The notes under the pieces were generated by a model. That model made no database searches. It saw only the letters and a list, made by a program, of their open reading frames with translations, and was not told the origin of the DNA. Below are positions 25,916 through 39,554 of a stretch of DNA of 64,000 bases, one piece after another (position 1 is the stretch's first letter; every line of letters begins with the position of its first letter). The stretch is from assembly GCA_964016885.1 (NCBI GenBank), contig OZ024740.1, positions 57,102,001 through 57,166,000 of the forward strand. Reading direction: 5' to 3'. Source of the DNA: Eledone cirrhosa. Its lineage: Eukaryota. A program made the translations under genes and the position numbers.

Positions 25916-28874
25916 AGATGCTTTCAGTATTCGTTTCCCTCATTCTGTGCTCTCAGTTAAAATCCCGCCGAAATTAACTTTGCCTTATATCTTTTCGTAG
26001 TCAATTAGTACAGTACCTGTCCAATACTGGGGTCAATTTTCCCTCTACATCTCTTTCTCTGTCTCTATCTCTCGCTCTCTCTATCTATCTAACTATCTCT
26101 CCTCCCCCCTCTCTCATTTTCTCTCTCACTCTGTCTTTCTATCTCCGTCATCTCTGTAAAACATCGGCTGTGTCTATACCTGGTGAGGGATGGACTCCGC
26201 CATGTTTAAATACTCAAGACATTTTATGTCATAACAATACCATTATGGTATGGCATTCCTGCCAATATTCTAAACAGTGTGGTGATCTTAGAGATGATTA
26301 TCCTTTATCCTAGGGCGGTGGATCGACAGAGTCGTTAGAGCGTTGGAAAAATGCCTAGCAGTATTTGTTTCAGCTCTTTGCGTTCTGAGTACAAATCCCA
26401 CCGAGGTCAACTATGCCTTTCTTCCCTTCGAGATCGATAAGATAAAGTACAAATCAAGTATTGGGGTCGATATAATCGACTTTCCCATCCCCACAAATTG
26501 CTTGTCTTGTGCCTAAATTAAAAATTAGTATTATCCTTCATCCCTTTCTTTTCAAAGGGGCCAATCTTAATACATATTGTGTCCCACTAAATTTCTCTGC
26601 ATATATAAACGTGTTTGTGGAATATTCAGTTATTTACACGTTAATTTCATAAGCAAGCTGTTCCATTGATCGGATTACTGGAACACTCATCATCGAAACC
26701 GACTGAGGTCCATTCTATTCCAGCTAGTATAATTCATGTTAACTATACAGTTATGCATATTCAGTTATTTCTCAAAATTACTGTTTAAATAGTCTTATAA
26801 TAACAGGCCTTCCAGCTATAGACAGCAATTATTGTTGTAAGACGAGAAACTAGATATGCCAATATGTTGTTTTTATGACAATGAGGCATGATTTGAAGGT
26901 ATCAGGCTGCCAATTTTAACAGGTTGGGAGACTAGCTCGAGTATCTCTTGTTCATTCAGGCTCTTTCGTGTTTGTATGATAGACGCAAATCCCTAGATAT
27001 GTATCTACTACGCATTCGTAGATACAGAGTATGTTTGTAAAGTGCAGAATGTCAACAACTCTTCCATTTAAATATGTTCTGGTGTTTTGCATCTAATATT
27101 TTTAATGCACTTTTGTAATGACGTAAAAATATTGCCGCTATATGTTAGATAGCAACACATATCATTTATTGGAAATGTGATCTTATTAGCTGTCTTATTC
27201 AAGATAAATGAGGATATAATTTTATGTATGTACATTTCATTGCGAGCAGGTAGTGTAATATGTCTTGGATCAATTCAGCAATACTATGTTTTGACGTCAT
27301 TTCAATATGCTGTATCATCTTATTCTCATTATTCATACCGAGTGAAACGTGTGAAAGCTGTTTGGATAACCGAGATCTACAGATGGTTAATGAAAACTGA
27401 AAATTGCTATCATCTACATTCAGCATCGCTCTTTCCAAAATATGACATTAATAACTTTATTGATAACAATTACAATATAATCATGATTTCCCAAAATAAT
27501 TTAAACATAATATTCATTATGTGTGGTGCTACAGTTTTGTCAGTAAAGGAGAATGTTTCATGGTTAGATTCCAATATACAACTTTATTGTTGTGTCTTTC
27601 ATTTATTAGATTATCCCCCTTTAAGAATGATTGAATTAAATGAAAATTTAGCTTTTTCTAACATTCAAGTACAATACGATTTTACCAGCCAATAAGAGAT
27701 CACTCATGGATCATTAGAGTTGCTAAAATAGCAGCCAAATCTCTCTCAAATTACATACATCTTGAAAACGGGAGAGTACGTTGAATAATAATTTCGTACA
27801 TAGGCTAAAGGTCAAGCAATTATAGTGCATGGAACAGTATTTGACCGGTACTTTATTTTATCGACCTCAGAAAAATGAAATGCAAAATTGACCACAGCTA
27901 GATTTTGACTTACAAACATAAAGACCCAGAAGTACGACAACGCATTGTGCCTAACGCCATCGATTCGCAACGCCGGATAGAGAGGATGATCATGGCTGGA
28001 ATGTTTTTGTCCATAGATTTACTCAATCATGACTAAGTCAGGACTAAACAACTACATGATCTCGAAGAAAAGCGTCTTAGATGGGCAGCGACTAAGTGGT
28101 TAGAAGACGATAGGAGTTTAAAACATTGATATTCATTTTGAATCGTTCTAGGCTTCTGATTCAAGACATAATGTCGGAAGCACGGAATTTCATGAGGAAA
28201 TCAGTTCTAAGAAAAAAAGACTACACAATGTGAGATGACAATCAGAGAAAGTATTAGACAAGATATTTGTGTTGTAATAAATGTTGATGATGGAACATAT
28301 GGTGACATTATAATAAAGTAAACGGGCCTACCAAGGAACCTGTACGTGGTCACTCGAGTTGCCAGACATAGCCAACAAGGTTTCCTCAGATCACAAAATA
28401 TCGTTTTAAAAATAAAGACAGGATAGTCACAGCTTTAACGCCTTTGAGTCAGAGCTGATCTGAGACAAACCGACAACAGTAAGAAAGATTGGCGAGTGTA
28501 AATCCCAGTGGATGTAAGAATGTTCTAATGTTTTAGTGCATTGTTATTCTTTTAAAATATTTGCCAATACTTTGGTGACACCTGAAGCTATTAAGTATTT
28601 GATTTATAAATATTAGGAATGAATTATAACAAACAACAAGTGGGAAAGATGAAGGGAATATTTGTAAATATTTGGTGTGATAGAGTAAACAGTATGTTTC
28701 GGAAGAATGGAGTCCCCGATTTAGTTTCGATAATGGGTTGAAACCCTTTTGCTTTTCTTAAAAAAGTTGCGAAAGGTTTGGTTATCACAACTTAATCTTA
28801 ACATCACTTAAAAATTTACAAACTATTACAACCTTTTATATTATCATCATCATCATCATTAACAGTAGCAACAT

Positions 28875-28935
<61 letters not shown>

Positions 28936-28960
28936 TGTAGTAGTAGCAGTAGCAGCAGCA
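28875..28960. repeat. (AGT)n microsatellite
   Basis: Read directly from the sequence. Confidence 0.95.
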
Positions 28961-30889
28961 ACAATAGGTGTGGGGGGGGGGATTTTTTTTTTAGCACCAG
29001 ATTTTCTCAGATTGAGAAGGCCTACAATCAAAGGCATTCCGCTCATGACTATACTGTTCTTTTAAAGTTAACTAGATTTACATTCTATTGCAGGAACGAG
29101 TAACCAGTGGTTTTTTAACCCCTTTAGTAGGGACTTTCCGGAAAAAAAAATCCATTAAAATTACTTTTTTGTTAATAACATATTTATTCATAAATTATAC
29201 ATATAAATCATTATTTTTTTATTTTTTACTTTTTATATTTAATTACATTTTTCACAATAAATTCAATTACATTTGTCAGTATATTTAATAAAAAATAAAT
29301 GTCTTTAATATGACATTATTTGATTTTAAACAAATTTGGCTTGCAATTTCTAGCGAATCGAGCGAGTAAATATAGACTTCACTCGTTTGTTTCTAATAAT
29401 TCCAGTTATCTGAAGATGTATCAGCTTTCTGGTTTCATTAATGTTAATCTCAGGCGACGAATTGGTTTTTCGTTGGAGTATTGGACAAAATTCCTTGAAT
29501 TACTAGTTCCAGTTCTCTGCCCATTGAGTTCAAATATCTCCGAGGTCAACTTTACCATATATCCTTTCGAGGTCGTTAAAATAAATTACTAGTGCAGTCT
29601 GGTGGATTAACAGAATTGTTAGAGCATTGGATGAGATGCCTTGTGGTATTTGTTACGTTTAAGTGTGTAGGTCTTAGTTCAAATCCTTCTGTGGTCTAAT
29701 TGGGTGGTAGAATTAATCTGAGGCCGGTTTAATATCCCCCCCCCCCCCCTCACACACACACACTTTTTGGGTGCCTTTTGTGAAGTCTGTTTTGTTGTTG
29801 CAAGCATTCGGGCCAAATATCCAGTAAGATGACACCAAACGCGAAGTCCCAGAAAGAGGTCAACAAAATTTACCTAATTCGGCAATCCATCCATTCTGAT
29901 ATGTGAATGCAACATGACTGAAAAATTAAGAAATTCGCTTCGCTATCATAAGATACGTGGCATCTATGGTAAGTTTTATTTTCCATAGCCGCGGGTCGAT
30001 TTGAGCTTTGGCAGTAAAACTGGGTAGACGGAAACTGTTTAGATACCCATCAGATAGATTCTATCTGCCATTCAAAGGGCCAGCTTGTCACACGCAGTCA
30101 TACACAATCTCCTTGAGAATCACGTTAAAGGTACGCTGTGCCTGTGGAAAGCTTAGCCACTTATATGTCAGTATCATCAGCCAGCTGTTCCGTTGATCGA
30201 ACAACTGGAAAAGTCATCGTCGAAACAGATGGTGGTCCATTTCATTCATGTATAAGTAAAAATACTAAATTATATGCAACCCTCCTGCGAATTCGTTTAC
30301 TAACTACCGTTTCATTCTAATTTGCTAGCGAAGAAGACTATGTGGGTGTTCGACCTGCTGGAAATCGCAATCAAATCTTCCTCATATTAAATTCTAAAGT
30401 TAAAAAAAAAATGAAAGACACTTTGCATAATAAATTACTGGTGCATATCAGACAAAGTGCTTACATCTGTCTATACAGACAGTGTTTACTAAAGTTCTAC
30501 AGATATATTCTTCAGTAAAGTATAACATTGTATAAACTAATCTTAGATACATTATGCTTAAAGAAAAGTGAAACAGATGGGATGGTCAAAGCTGGGTTGT
30601 CTTTGATCATAAGTTTATTTTACCACAGCTGACTTTGGAATAGTAACAACAGTAGAAATTTTTCATTACTCTTTTCTGTGAAATAGAATGCGTTTTGCCT
30701 GTCCTGAACCAAAGGCATAATACGACGTAGCCTCTGTGATGTAATCATACAAATCTTCCCCTAAAAATGTCAACATCTAGTTCACATAAAAAATTCGTGA
30801 TCCAAGTTAACCACAGTGGAATTCTTCTCTATTTATCTATATATATGTAAACATTTATTACCAGAAAGACTGACATAACACACGTTTAT

Positions 30890-31310
30890 TTATTTTTTTC
30901 CCCAATATGAGAAGTTTTATAGCTTGTCACTGCGAACATTTATTTACAATAGTTTATAACTTTGCCTATTAATCCGTATGGTGAGAAAATGGGATCCTAC
31001 GTACTGGCCTTCCCACAGCCCCGGCGGACAGGATGGTGAAGGGGTTTCCCCGGAGGATGGTAAGGGAGATGCGCTGGAAGAGCCATTCCAACTGGCGAGG
31101 CTCACACCTGCGGCTGACCAGCTCAGCGGCTATGGAGGAGAATAGGGAGGTAGCCCTAGGGCCAAGGACACCAGAAGTCTCCACTGCCAAGGGCACGACC
31201 GCGATCCTGTCGGAGAGCGACCGTTACTTGGAGAGTTTGGCCTCCTCAGCCCGACGTGCAGCAGTACCTGTTAGTGACAAGCTATAAAACTTCTCATATT
31301 GGGAGAAAAC
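30890..31310 (-). mobile_element. 3' fragment of a CRE-like (RLE) non-LTR retrotransposon with an 11-bp TSD
   Basis: Translates AARRAEEAKLSKY..VPLAVETSGVLGP..WLFQRISLTILRGN. Direct repeat CACACGTTTAT at 30879-30889 and 31311-31321. Confidence 0.8.
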
Positions 31311-32029
31311 CACACGTTTATAGACAACAATAACTCCATGTGAATTTTTAATTCTTAATTCAACTTCAGCTCTATATTACTTTATAGGAGCAGTCCTATT
31401 AATCGATGGTTTTGTTAAAGTTTTCTTCATTAACAATTAATAATAGCTTAACTAACTGGGGGAGGTACCCATAGAGACATACCGTGGGTAACGAATAGTA
31501 AAATGAGCGCTAACATACTTAAAGTAGTGGGCAAGCGCTAATAAACTTTAATTAATTAAAATTACAAATGTGACGAGGAGAAAATACGATTATATAAATA
31601 TCTAATTTTTGTCAAGAAAGGCGTGGGAGATAGTTTTAATGAATTGAAATCGTTTGGCTCACAACATTAAGCATGAATTGAATGAAGCGGACCTCAATCG
31701 ATTTCGACTGTGGGTTTTCCAATATTGTTCTTGGAACAGCCTGCTCGTGAAATTAATGTTTAAGTGGCTGAGCTTTCCACAGATACGTGTACTTTTATTA
31801 TAAGTTTCGGTGAGGTTCAATAAGACACAGAGTGTAACATGGCGGGCCTTTTGAATTACAGGTACAGTCAATCCGATAGCCTCCCAAATAATTTCCACGA
31901 GACTTGAGTCGATTCGAGGCTATGATAAATAACGCTTTTCCCAAGATGACATGCTGTACGATAGAACTTCATATTTGCGAATCAAACTTCTTAACCCTTT
32001 GGAAATGCTGCGTCCATTTCCTATGAATA

Positions 32030-32872
32030 GTTATTTCTAATTTAGGCAGAAGGCCTGAAATTTGTTAGGAATGAAAAGTCGATTATACTGACCCCAGTAA
32101 TTTACTGGTACTTTATTTTATCAACCCCGTAAGGATGAAAGGGAAACTTTACCCATGGCAGAATTTGAACTCAGAATTTAAAGAACAAGAACAAATATCA
32201 AAGTATTTGTCCGACGCTTTAACAATTCTGCCAATCCACCGCCATTTACTGTAAATAAAGTTTTCTAATATTGGCATAGAGCTAGCAAACAGGGGGAGGA
32301 GAAAAGTCGATTATATCGACCCCAGTGCGTTGCTTGTTCTTCATCGACCACGTAAGGATGAAAGTCGAAGCCAAGCTCGGTGAGATTTGAACTCACAACG
32401 TAAAGGAGTGTAACTTTATACCACAAAGCATGCTACTCTTCCGATACTGCCAATCGACCACCTTCTATAAGATTTTCTGATTTAGGCATGAGGCCAACAA
32501 TTTTGAGGAAGGAGAAAGTCGATTAGAACGATTAAAATGAACCCAGTGCATTACTGGTGCTTTATTTTAACGACCCCGTAAAGATGAAAAGCAAAGTTAA
32601 TTTGAACTCAAAATGTAAAGGGACGTAACAATATGCCGGAAACCATGTTGTCCGACGATTTACCGATACTGCCAATCTACCATCCTGATTTCTTTCTACT
32701 TTTGGCACAAGGCCAGTAATTACCCCAGTGCATTACTGGTGCTTTATTTTAACGACCCTGTAAAGATGAAATACAAAGTTAACCTCGGTGGGATTTGAAC
32801 TCCGAACGTAAAAGGCCATAACTCTATCCTGCAAAGCATGGTGTCTGACGCTTTACCGATCCTGCCAATCCA
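32030..32872 (-). mobile_element. Four head-to-tail SINE (family S) copies
   Basis: CCCAGT..GACCCCGTAAGGATGAAA..TTTGAACTC..CTGCCAATC recurs four times at ~200-230 bp spacing. Confidence 0.8.
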
Positions 32873-34170
32873 AGCAAATGTTTAGTTCTATTATTGCTTG
32901 TTTTTTTCTTCCATTCTTATTTTGTGTTTATAGTTCGTCTGTCTTATAAAATACTCTAACTTATGTCTGCCACAAAAAGGACAATTTAGCTAATAAGGTG
33001 TTCGTGGTGTAATACATTAACAATGCTATTTCAATTAATTATCTATACTTAATTCCAGTAACTTCAATCAAGACGACAAGAAATGTTTAACAATGGCTGA
33101 CAAACAACTTAGTATTCCGGCTGAATGCATAAAAGTATTAATGTCAGACAATTCACACCAAGAACCTTTGATAAAAGGATAAAAGAACCGCATGTCTTCA
33201 ATAAATATGCCTGGTTTTAAAATATAAATATATGATGACTCATATATTTGAACTTTTGATGATGCTATGATCTCGTGTATTATTTTGAAATAGGGGGAAT
33301 TTTAACAGTAGGAAATAAAAGTATAAACATATAGTCAATAGCTGTAATGTCAGAATTTGAATAGAAACGACAAAGAAAAGAAATAAGATCAGGAAAGGAT
33401 AGACAATGACAACAGCATGTTCTGGAATTCAACCGGAAACATTATCTTTATTCAACAGAAAGGTACAGAAAAATATTCTGTATTGTAATTCAAGAATAAC
33501 TTGACAAATCAGATCTATAAAACTATATATGAACAGGTTTACTAAATATATATGTATTTGCATTTATGTTCTTTTGTGACATGATAAATTCTGATTTTTC
33601 TAAAATGGCTGAGTTTTCAGTGTAACAAATTCCCGCTTTCTTTCTTTTCATACTGTCATCTATATTTCTATTTCTTCTCTCTCTCATTTTATCTTCCCAA
33701 AGAGGGCTAACGTCCGAGACATAAAGGCTCTTTTACTATTTCAAACATTAAACTAACATTTATGACGATTACATTGTATTGTTCTCAAGAGTTGTTTTTC
33801 CTTGTCGATTTTACTCATATATGTATATAGATATGTCTAATAACTATATCTGTCTGTATATTTAAACATATGGCTTTTGAATGTAACGTTTCTCTCTTCT
33901 TTCTCTGTCTTTCTCAATCTATTTCACTAAATAGCGAACTAGAGAAAAACTACACCAGTCTCAAGACTATTTCCTTAGCAAAGCGGTCATATAAAAAAGA
34001 TACATACAGATAGACAAACATCATATATATATATATATAATAAATGTAATCTGAGTTTTTTTAATATTAATAATAACATTCAATTCGTTTGCAATTATGC
34101 AAACAAGCCTCAATTTTATGGCCATGTCAGTAGAATGAACCCTTCATTCTTGCTCTTGTGCTGGCATGTG

Positions 34171-34218
34171 AACTGCAGACACTAATGTTTCTGGGTATCA
34201 CCCTTCATCAGTACAGCT
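34171..34218 (-). ncRNA. Type I hammerhead ribozyme (420-nt family)
   Basis: AGCTGTA-CTGATGA-aGGGT(GAT)ACCCa-GAAA-CA(TTAG)TG-TC-TGCAGTT; GUC triplet. Confidence 0.78.
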
Positions 34219-34284
34219 CACTGTTCACCTGCCAAACTGTCAGAGCTAGTGAAAATATATGCTATTTTCAAAAATACACAGTGA

Positions 34285-34515
34285 CTGATCGGCCTGATTT
34301 GCATATTAGCAGACTGGCGGATCAGTCGGATCTGCATATTAGCAGACTGGCTGATCAGTCAGATCTGCATATTAGCAGACTGGCTGATCAGTCAGATCTG
34401 CATATTAGGAGACTGGCTGATCAGTCGGATCTGCATATTAGCAGACTGGCTGATCAGTCATATCTGCATATTAGCAGATCCACTGATCAGCCAGATTTGC
34501 ATATCAGCAGACTGG
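34285..34515. repeat. 33-bp tandem repeat (~7 units) within the 420-nt element
   Basis: Unit GATCTGCATATTAGCAGACTGGCTGATCAGTCA. It explains the DLHISRLADQS repeat in ORF 34158..34685. The opposite arm has only ~3 units. Confidence 0.9.
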
Positions 34516-34556
34516 CCAGTCAGTTTCCTGTATACGAATTGAATGTTATTATTAAT

Positions 34557-34728
34557 AGGATTGGCAGTATTGGTAGAGATGCTTTGAAGCATAGAGTTAC
34601 GTCCCTTTATGATCTGAGTTCAAATCCCGCCGAGGTTAACTTTGCTTTTCATCCTTACGGGGTCGATAAAATAAAGTACCAGTAATGTACTGGGTAATTG
34701 CTGGCCTTGTGCCTAAAATAGAAACAAT
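34557..34728 (+). mobile_element. SINE (family S) inserted in the tail of the 420-nt element
   Basis: Flanked by duplicated TTATTAATA. Empty sites are present at ~34062-34075(-) and ~35148-35160. Confidence 0.8.
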
Positions 34729-34997
34729 TATTAATATTCGAAAAACTCAGATTACATTTATTGTATTCAGTGATGTAGAGCGAAAAATTTCTTTTTTATT
34801 TGAATTTGGCAAAGCCGGCCATTTATCGCTTGTATACAGGAAACTGACTGGCCAGTCTACTGATATGCAAATCTGGCTGATCAGTGGATAATATGTAGAT
34901 GTGACTGATCAGCCAGTCTGCTAATATGCAAATCAGGCCGATCAGTCACTGTGTATTTTTGAAAATAGCATATATTTTCACTAGCAGGTGAACAATG

Positions 34998-35045
34998 AGC
35001 TGTACTGATGAAGGATGATACCCAGAAACATTAGTGTCTGCAGTT
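34998..35045 (+). ncRNA. Type I hammerhead ribozyme (420-nt family)
   Basis: Same core and stems as 34171-34218, with one substitution in stem II. Confidence 0.72.
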
Positions 35046-35197
35046 CTGTTCACATGCCAACACAAGAGCAAGAAAGAAGGGTTCATTCTACTGACATGGC
35101 TATAAAATTGAGGCTTGTTTGCGTAATTGCAAACGAATTGAATGTTATTATTAATATTCGAAAAACTCAGATTACATTTATTGTAGAGCGAAAAATT

Positions 35198-35249
<52 letters not shown>

Positions 35250-35250
<1 letters not shown>

Positions 35251-36445
35251 AGGGTATTGAAGTTTGCTTGAAGCATTGTGGAATAATAAGATATATTTTC
35301 TTTAGGTCGTTTTGGAAGCCTCAACAATGCACATGGCTAATTCTCCGGGTAATAAGATCCGGTGGTGAAGAGAGAGATGTAAGTGAATGTAGAATGAGAT
35401 GTATAGTGTGTAGAAGAACGTAGGAAAGAGCGTAAAAAATAAAAATAATATTCAAAACAACGAACAGCGGAGGACACGTTTCGCACCTTTCCGACATCCT
35501 ACCAGACTTATCGGTGGGTAGACATACTACTTCACCATCCCCTGTGCGCTGCTTGAGGCTAACCAAGCCTTCTACAGGTTTCCTCCCAAGTTGTTGGGCC
35601 TCTGGTCTGCTCTGTCTCTTAGTATACCGGTCTACTATTTGTCTAATCTTATTTCTAGCTATGGTGAACTGTGCCTCTGTCTCCTCATCTATTTGTTGTG
35701 GTATGCAAACTCTTTTATTAAAGGGTAACCTCGTAGGATAGATATTACCCATCTTATATGTTTTGTCAGCTGGGTTGAAAAATAGTTTCTCTAAGGGGTT
35801 GTCATTATATCTACCATCATAGTTGTGTGTGTTGCTATTATTGTTATTATGGTGGTTGTTGTTGTTCCTATCATTAGCATTATTATTATTGTTATGATTG
35901 CTAGATGTATTGTTGCTGTGATTGTTAGATGTATTGTTGTTATGATTGCTAGGTGTATTGTTGCTGTGATTGTTAGATGTATTGTTGTTATGATTGCTAG
36001 ATGTATTGTTGCTGTGATTGTTAGATGTATTGTTGTTATGATTGCTAGATGTATTGCTGCTGTGATTGTTGTTTACTTCACCGTTATTGTTGTTGTTACT
36101 GTTATTTCAACCATTGTGGTTGTTACTTTTATTATGTTTCTTGTTTTTGTTGAGTCTATCATTAATGTTGCTACATGTATTATTTCCACTATTACCACTG
36201 TGGTTGTTGTTGTTGTTATTCGTATTGTTACCGTTATTACTACTGTGGTCGCTGCTGCTGTGTCTGTAGTTAATGTTTCTATTATTATTATTATTGTGGT
36301 TGTTGTTGTTGTTCTGTCTATCGTTAGTATTATTAGCATTATTACTATTTCTCACTCTCCTGCTATTGTTATTGTTATGGCTATTACTATTATAGCTGTT
36401 ATTTCTATACTCAGAGTTATTGTTTATATTACTACTACCGTTATT

Positions 36446-36489
<44 letters not shown>

Positions 36490-36770
36490 CTTTTGCATTC
36501 CAACGTATTTTTGTGAAACACTTTTCCAGCTCCGTTTTGCACTCAATAGGGTTAATCTTTTTGTAGATAGCAAATTTTGGTGGTAGCTGCAGGATTTGTT
36601 GTTCTTGTTCACTGTTCCCATAAATATTTACTGTGTGGTCATTGGTAAATTCTTCCGGTAGTTTTACATCAGTCATACGGATATTGTTGATGTTATCTGG
36701 GTATTTTTGAGAATATTCTATTTTCCTTTCTTGTAGTTTTTTTCTTATTCATCCATTCTAATTTCTTATT
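35250..36770 (-). pseudogene. Deleted PLE: N-terminal coding region with Asn-repeat expansion joined to a pLTR-like end
   Basis: LQLPPKFAIYKKINPIECKTELEKCFTKIRWN and VVCLPTDKSGRM are PLE pre-RT motifs. They are followed by GAAACGTGTC (3' half of an HHR-like motif, ~35471-35482) and non-coding sequence to (TA)n. Confidence 0.6.
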
Positions 36771-36934
36771 GAAATGCCGATTGCATTCGTTTCGGGCGTA
36801 TTTCGTTTCACCTCGGATGACGCTAATGAAGTCATCCCTTTCGTTTGGTGTGGTGAGATTTCGGACTTCCTTACCGTTGTATACCAGATGTATGTGACAG
36901 TACAGAGGACCTCCTCAGCAGAATCAGTGAGTGC

Positions 36935-38681
36935 AACAAAAACAGGAACCTATCCAACTGCATAATAGGCAGCATGGATGTGGTATCACTGTATCCATCC
37001 ATTAACATTGATTTTGCTGTGGAAAAATGTGTGGAGATGATCATTGAGAGTGAGGTGGAGTTCTGCGACGTCGACCCAGACGAACCGGGCCTTCTACTTA
37101 GACTTACCTACGACACTGACTACCTAGACAGCCATGACCTTAGACGTTTCTGCACTAGTGGACCCATAAGAGGTAGACGCCCCACCATAACCTCAATGGC
37201 TAAAAAGACTCCCATGGGAAGGTGGATTGGGTAGACCAAAGCTATACGGACCCCCCCCCCCCCCAAAAAAAAAACAATGATCAGGTAAGAAAAATGGTCG
37301 CACATGCAATAGGGGCTAGTATCAAAACTACCCTAAAGGGCCACATATTCAATTTCAACGAGAAGATCTACACCCAAAATGAGGGAGCAGCCATTGGCGT
37401 CAGCATAGCTGGTGATGTTGCCAACCTTTTTATGGTATGGTGGGAAAGGAGACTTAAAGATCTCCTTAATGAGAGCTCCATAAACCTCATCATGTACTCT
37501 CGTTATGTAGACGATATCAATATAGTTATAAGACATCCCCACTAGAAAGCACTAACAAGTTTGATTTAGAACGTAGCACGATGGAAAGCATCCAGCAGAT
37601 AGCTAATTCCATACACCAGAGTATAACTGTAACTATCGACTTCCCTTCCAAACACCCTAACAATAGACTACCTGTATTAGACACAGAACTCTGGATTAAC
37701 ACTATAGACGAGAGAGCCCAAATTCTCCACTCACACTATACTAAACCCATGAACTCCAAATACCTGATACTCAAAAACTCACCAATGTCCAGTAGTGCTA
37801 AGTTTAATATTCTGATCGCAGACTTGGTACGAGTGATGAAGAATGTGTCCCGCATGTGCGACCCAACAGAAATAGAAAGACACATCCAACACTTCATCAA
37901 CTGCATGCAGTTTTCTGGCTACAACCAAAGAGACAGAGTTAGAGTATACGAAGGAGCCATGGAGAAGTATAAGACCCTCATAGAACTGGACATGAAAGGA
38001 ATTTGCCCATTATAGAGGAGCAAATCATGGAATAGCTTAGATAGGGCTAGACATAAGATAGGGAAAGCCACCTCATGGTACGACAACCAGAGATACCAGA
38101 GTGTCATGTTTGTGGACGCTACCCCTGGAGGGAAATTAGCTAACCAGTGTAGAAAAACCCTGAGAAAGACCCACTTAAAGATTAAGGTGGTAGAAAAGCC
38201 AGGAACCACCATAAAATCCCTGATCAGCAAAAGCTACCCTTTTAAGAAAACCCACTGTACTAATAAGAAATGTATCATATGTAAGGTAAACCCCCGGTTA
38301 AACTGTAAAACTAGAAACGTAGTCTATAGCATAAGATGTACAGAGGGTACTTGCAGAAACATGACAACAACATACATAGGCGAGACAGCTCGTAGCATAG
38401 GTGAAAGGATAGACCAACACTGGGGGGAACTAAAAGGTCGAAAAAACGGGTCAGTACTATACGAACATGCCAGACAACAACACGACGGTAACATAGACAA
38501 CATAGAAATTAGAGTAATATCTAAACGACCCAGCAGATAGGCAAATCAGAGAGGCCAGTGAAATAGAACTTAGAAGACCAAGGCTGAACAGAAAGAATGA
38601 ATAGAATAACAACAACACCCAAACAAAGAACACTGACCTAAGAGAAGTATAAATAAATAAATAAATAAATAAATAAATAGA

Positions 38682-38716
<35 letters not shown>

Positions 38717-39282
38717 ATAGATAAATAAATAAATAAATAAATAAATAAATACATACACAAGCACAATAACAACAAACACATATAAACGCACACTAGTAAA
38801 GATAGAATACATTAACCAATACACAGTCACCCAATCACGAGCACACATCAAAGAAAACACTATACACACACGCAAACGCATGCGCAAAGAAGACAAAATA
38901 AAATAAATAAATAAATAAATAAATATATAAACAGACTAAATAAAGATGGCGTAGAAAATACAATGTAACGGGAGGAAACAATAGCACCACTGACGATGTT
39001 GCAGATGTGCAACGAAAGAACTTTGATAAACTATATATATATGTGTTTGTGTCTATATTGTATCTGTATTATTTTTGACCGTTGTTCAGTCAATGGCAAC
39101 ATTGAGGACCGAATAAATTAGATTACCGATATACAAGACACAGAAGCGAAAAGCGAAAACCAACCAAACAGTGAGTGTGTTCTGTTATTAATTCTGGCAA
39201 TATTACACAAATATGACCCTCCCCAAGTATAACAATATTTGTTTCGACACACGATTTTATATAAAAAACCTCGCAAAACTAT
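36935..39282 (+). mobile_element. PLE family 2, 5'-truncated and disrupted RT + GIY-YIG
   Basis: MDVVSLYPSI, GAAIGVSIAGDVANLFM, RYVDD, LPVLD and NVVYSIRC..YIGETARSIGERIDQH across four ORF pieces. The 3' region is shared with 54465-54960. Confidence 0.9.
38988..39025 (+). ncRNA. Minimal hammerhead motif in the PLE2 3' region (copy at ~54712-54749, minus)
   Basis: CTGACGA-t-GTTGCA(GATG)TGCAAC-GAAA-GAAC-TT; core and stem II are conserved in both copies. Stem I is short. Confidence 0.6.
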
Positions 39283-39294
39283 TTATATATATAT

Positions 39295-39540
39295 ATTAGA
39301 AATATAAGCTTTCACCGTATTTTTGACTAAAGAAATTTTTAGCCTGATAATGGGGTTTAGAACCCTCAGAGAAATGGAAAAAGATGAGTATTGACGTACA
39401 TGTACGCCAATACTCATCTTTTTCCATTTCTCTGAGGGTTCTAAACCCACTATCAGGCTAAAAATTTCTTTAGTCAAAAATACGGTGAAAGCTTATATTT
39501 CTAATTTCAAACCCGCTCACAGTTTCAAAACATGCTTACA
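39295..39540. repeat. Fold-back insert: 211-bp palindrome plus tail
   Basis: 39295-39505 is self-complementary with a few mismatches, apex GTACATGTAC, followed by a ~35-bp tail and a TA run. Confidence 0.9.
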
Positions 39541-39554
39541 TATATATATATATG

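Larger units (their letters stand above)
34039..35203. mobile_element. HHR-bearing non-coding element: inverted copy plus partial tandem of a 420-nt monomer (retrozyme-like)
   Basis: 34039-34532 is the reverse complement of ~34832-35182. TTAATATTCGAAAAACTCAGATTACATTTATTGTA recurs at 34731 and 35151. TA runs lie on both sides. Confidence 0.8.

Noticed and set aside
33694-33725. CCAAAGA-GGGC(TAAC)GTCC-GAGAC resembling an HHR
   Set aside because: Both conserved boxes are mutated.
34285-34515. CRISPR-like appearance of the 33-bp repeat
   Set aside because: The units are contiguous with no unique spacers, the context is eukaryotic, and there are no cas genes.
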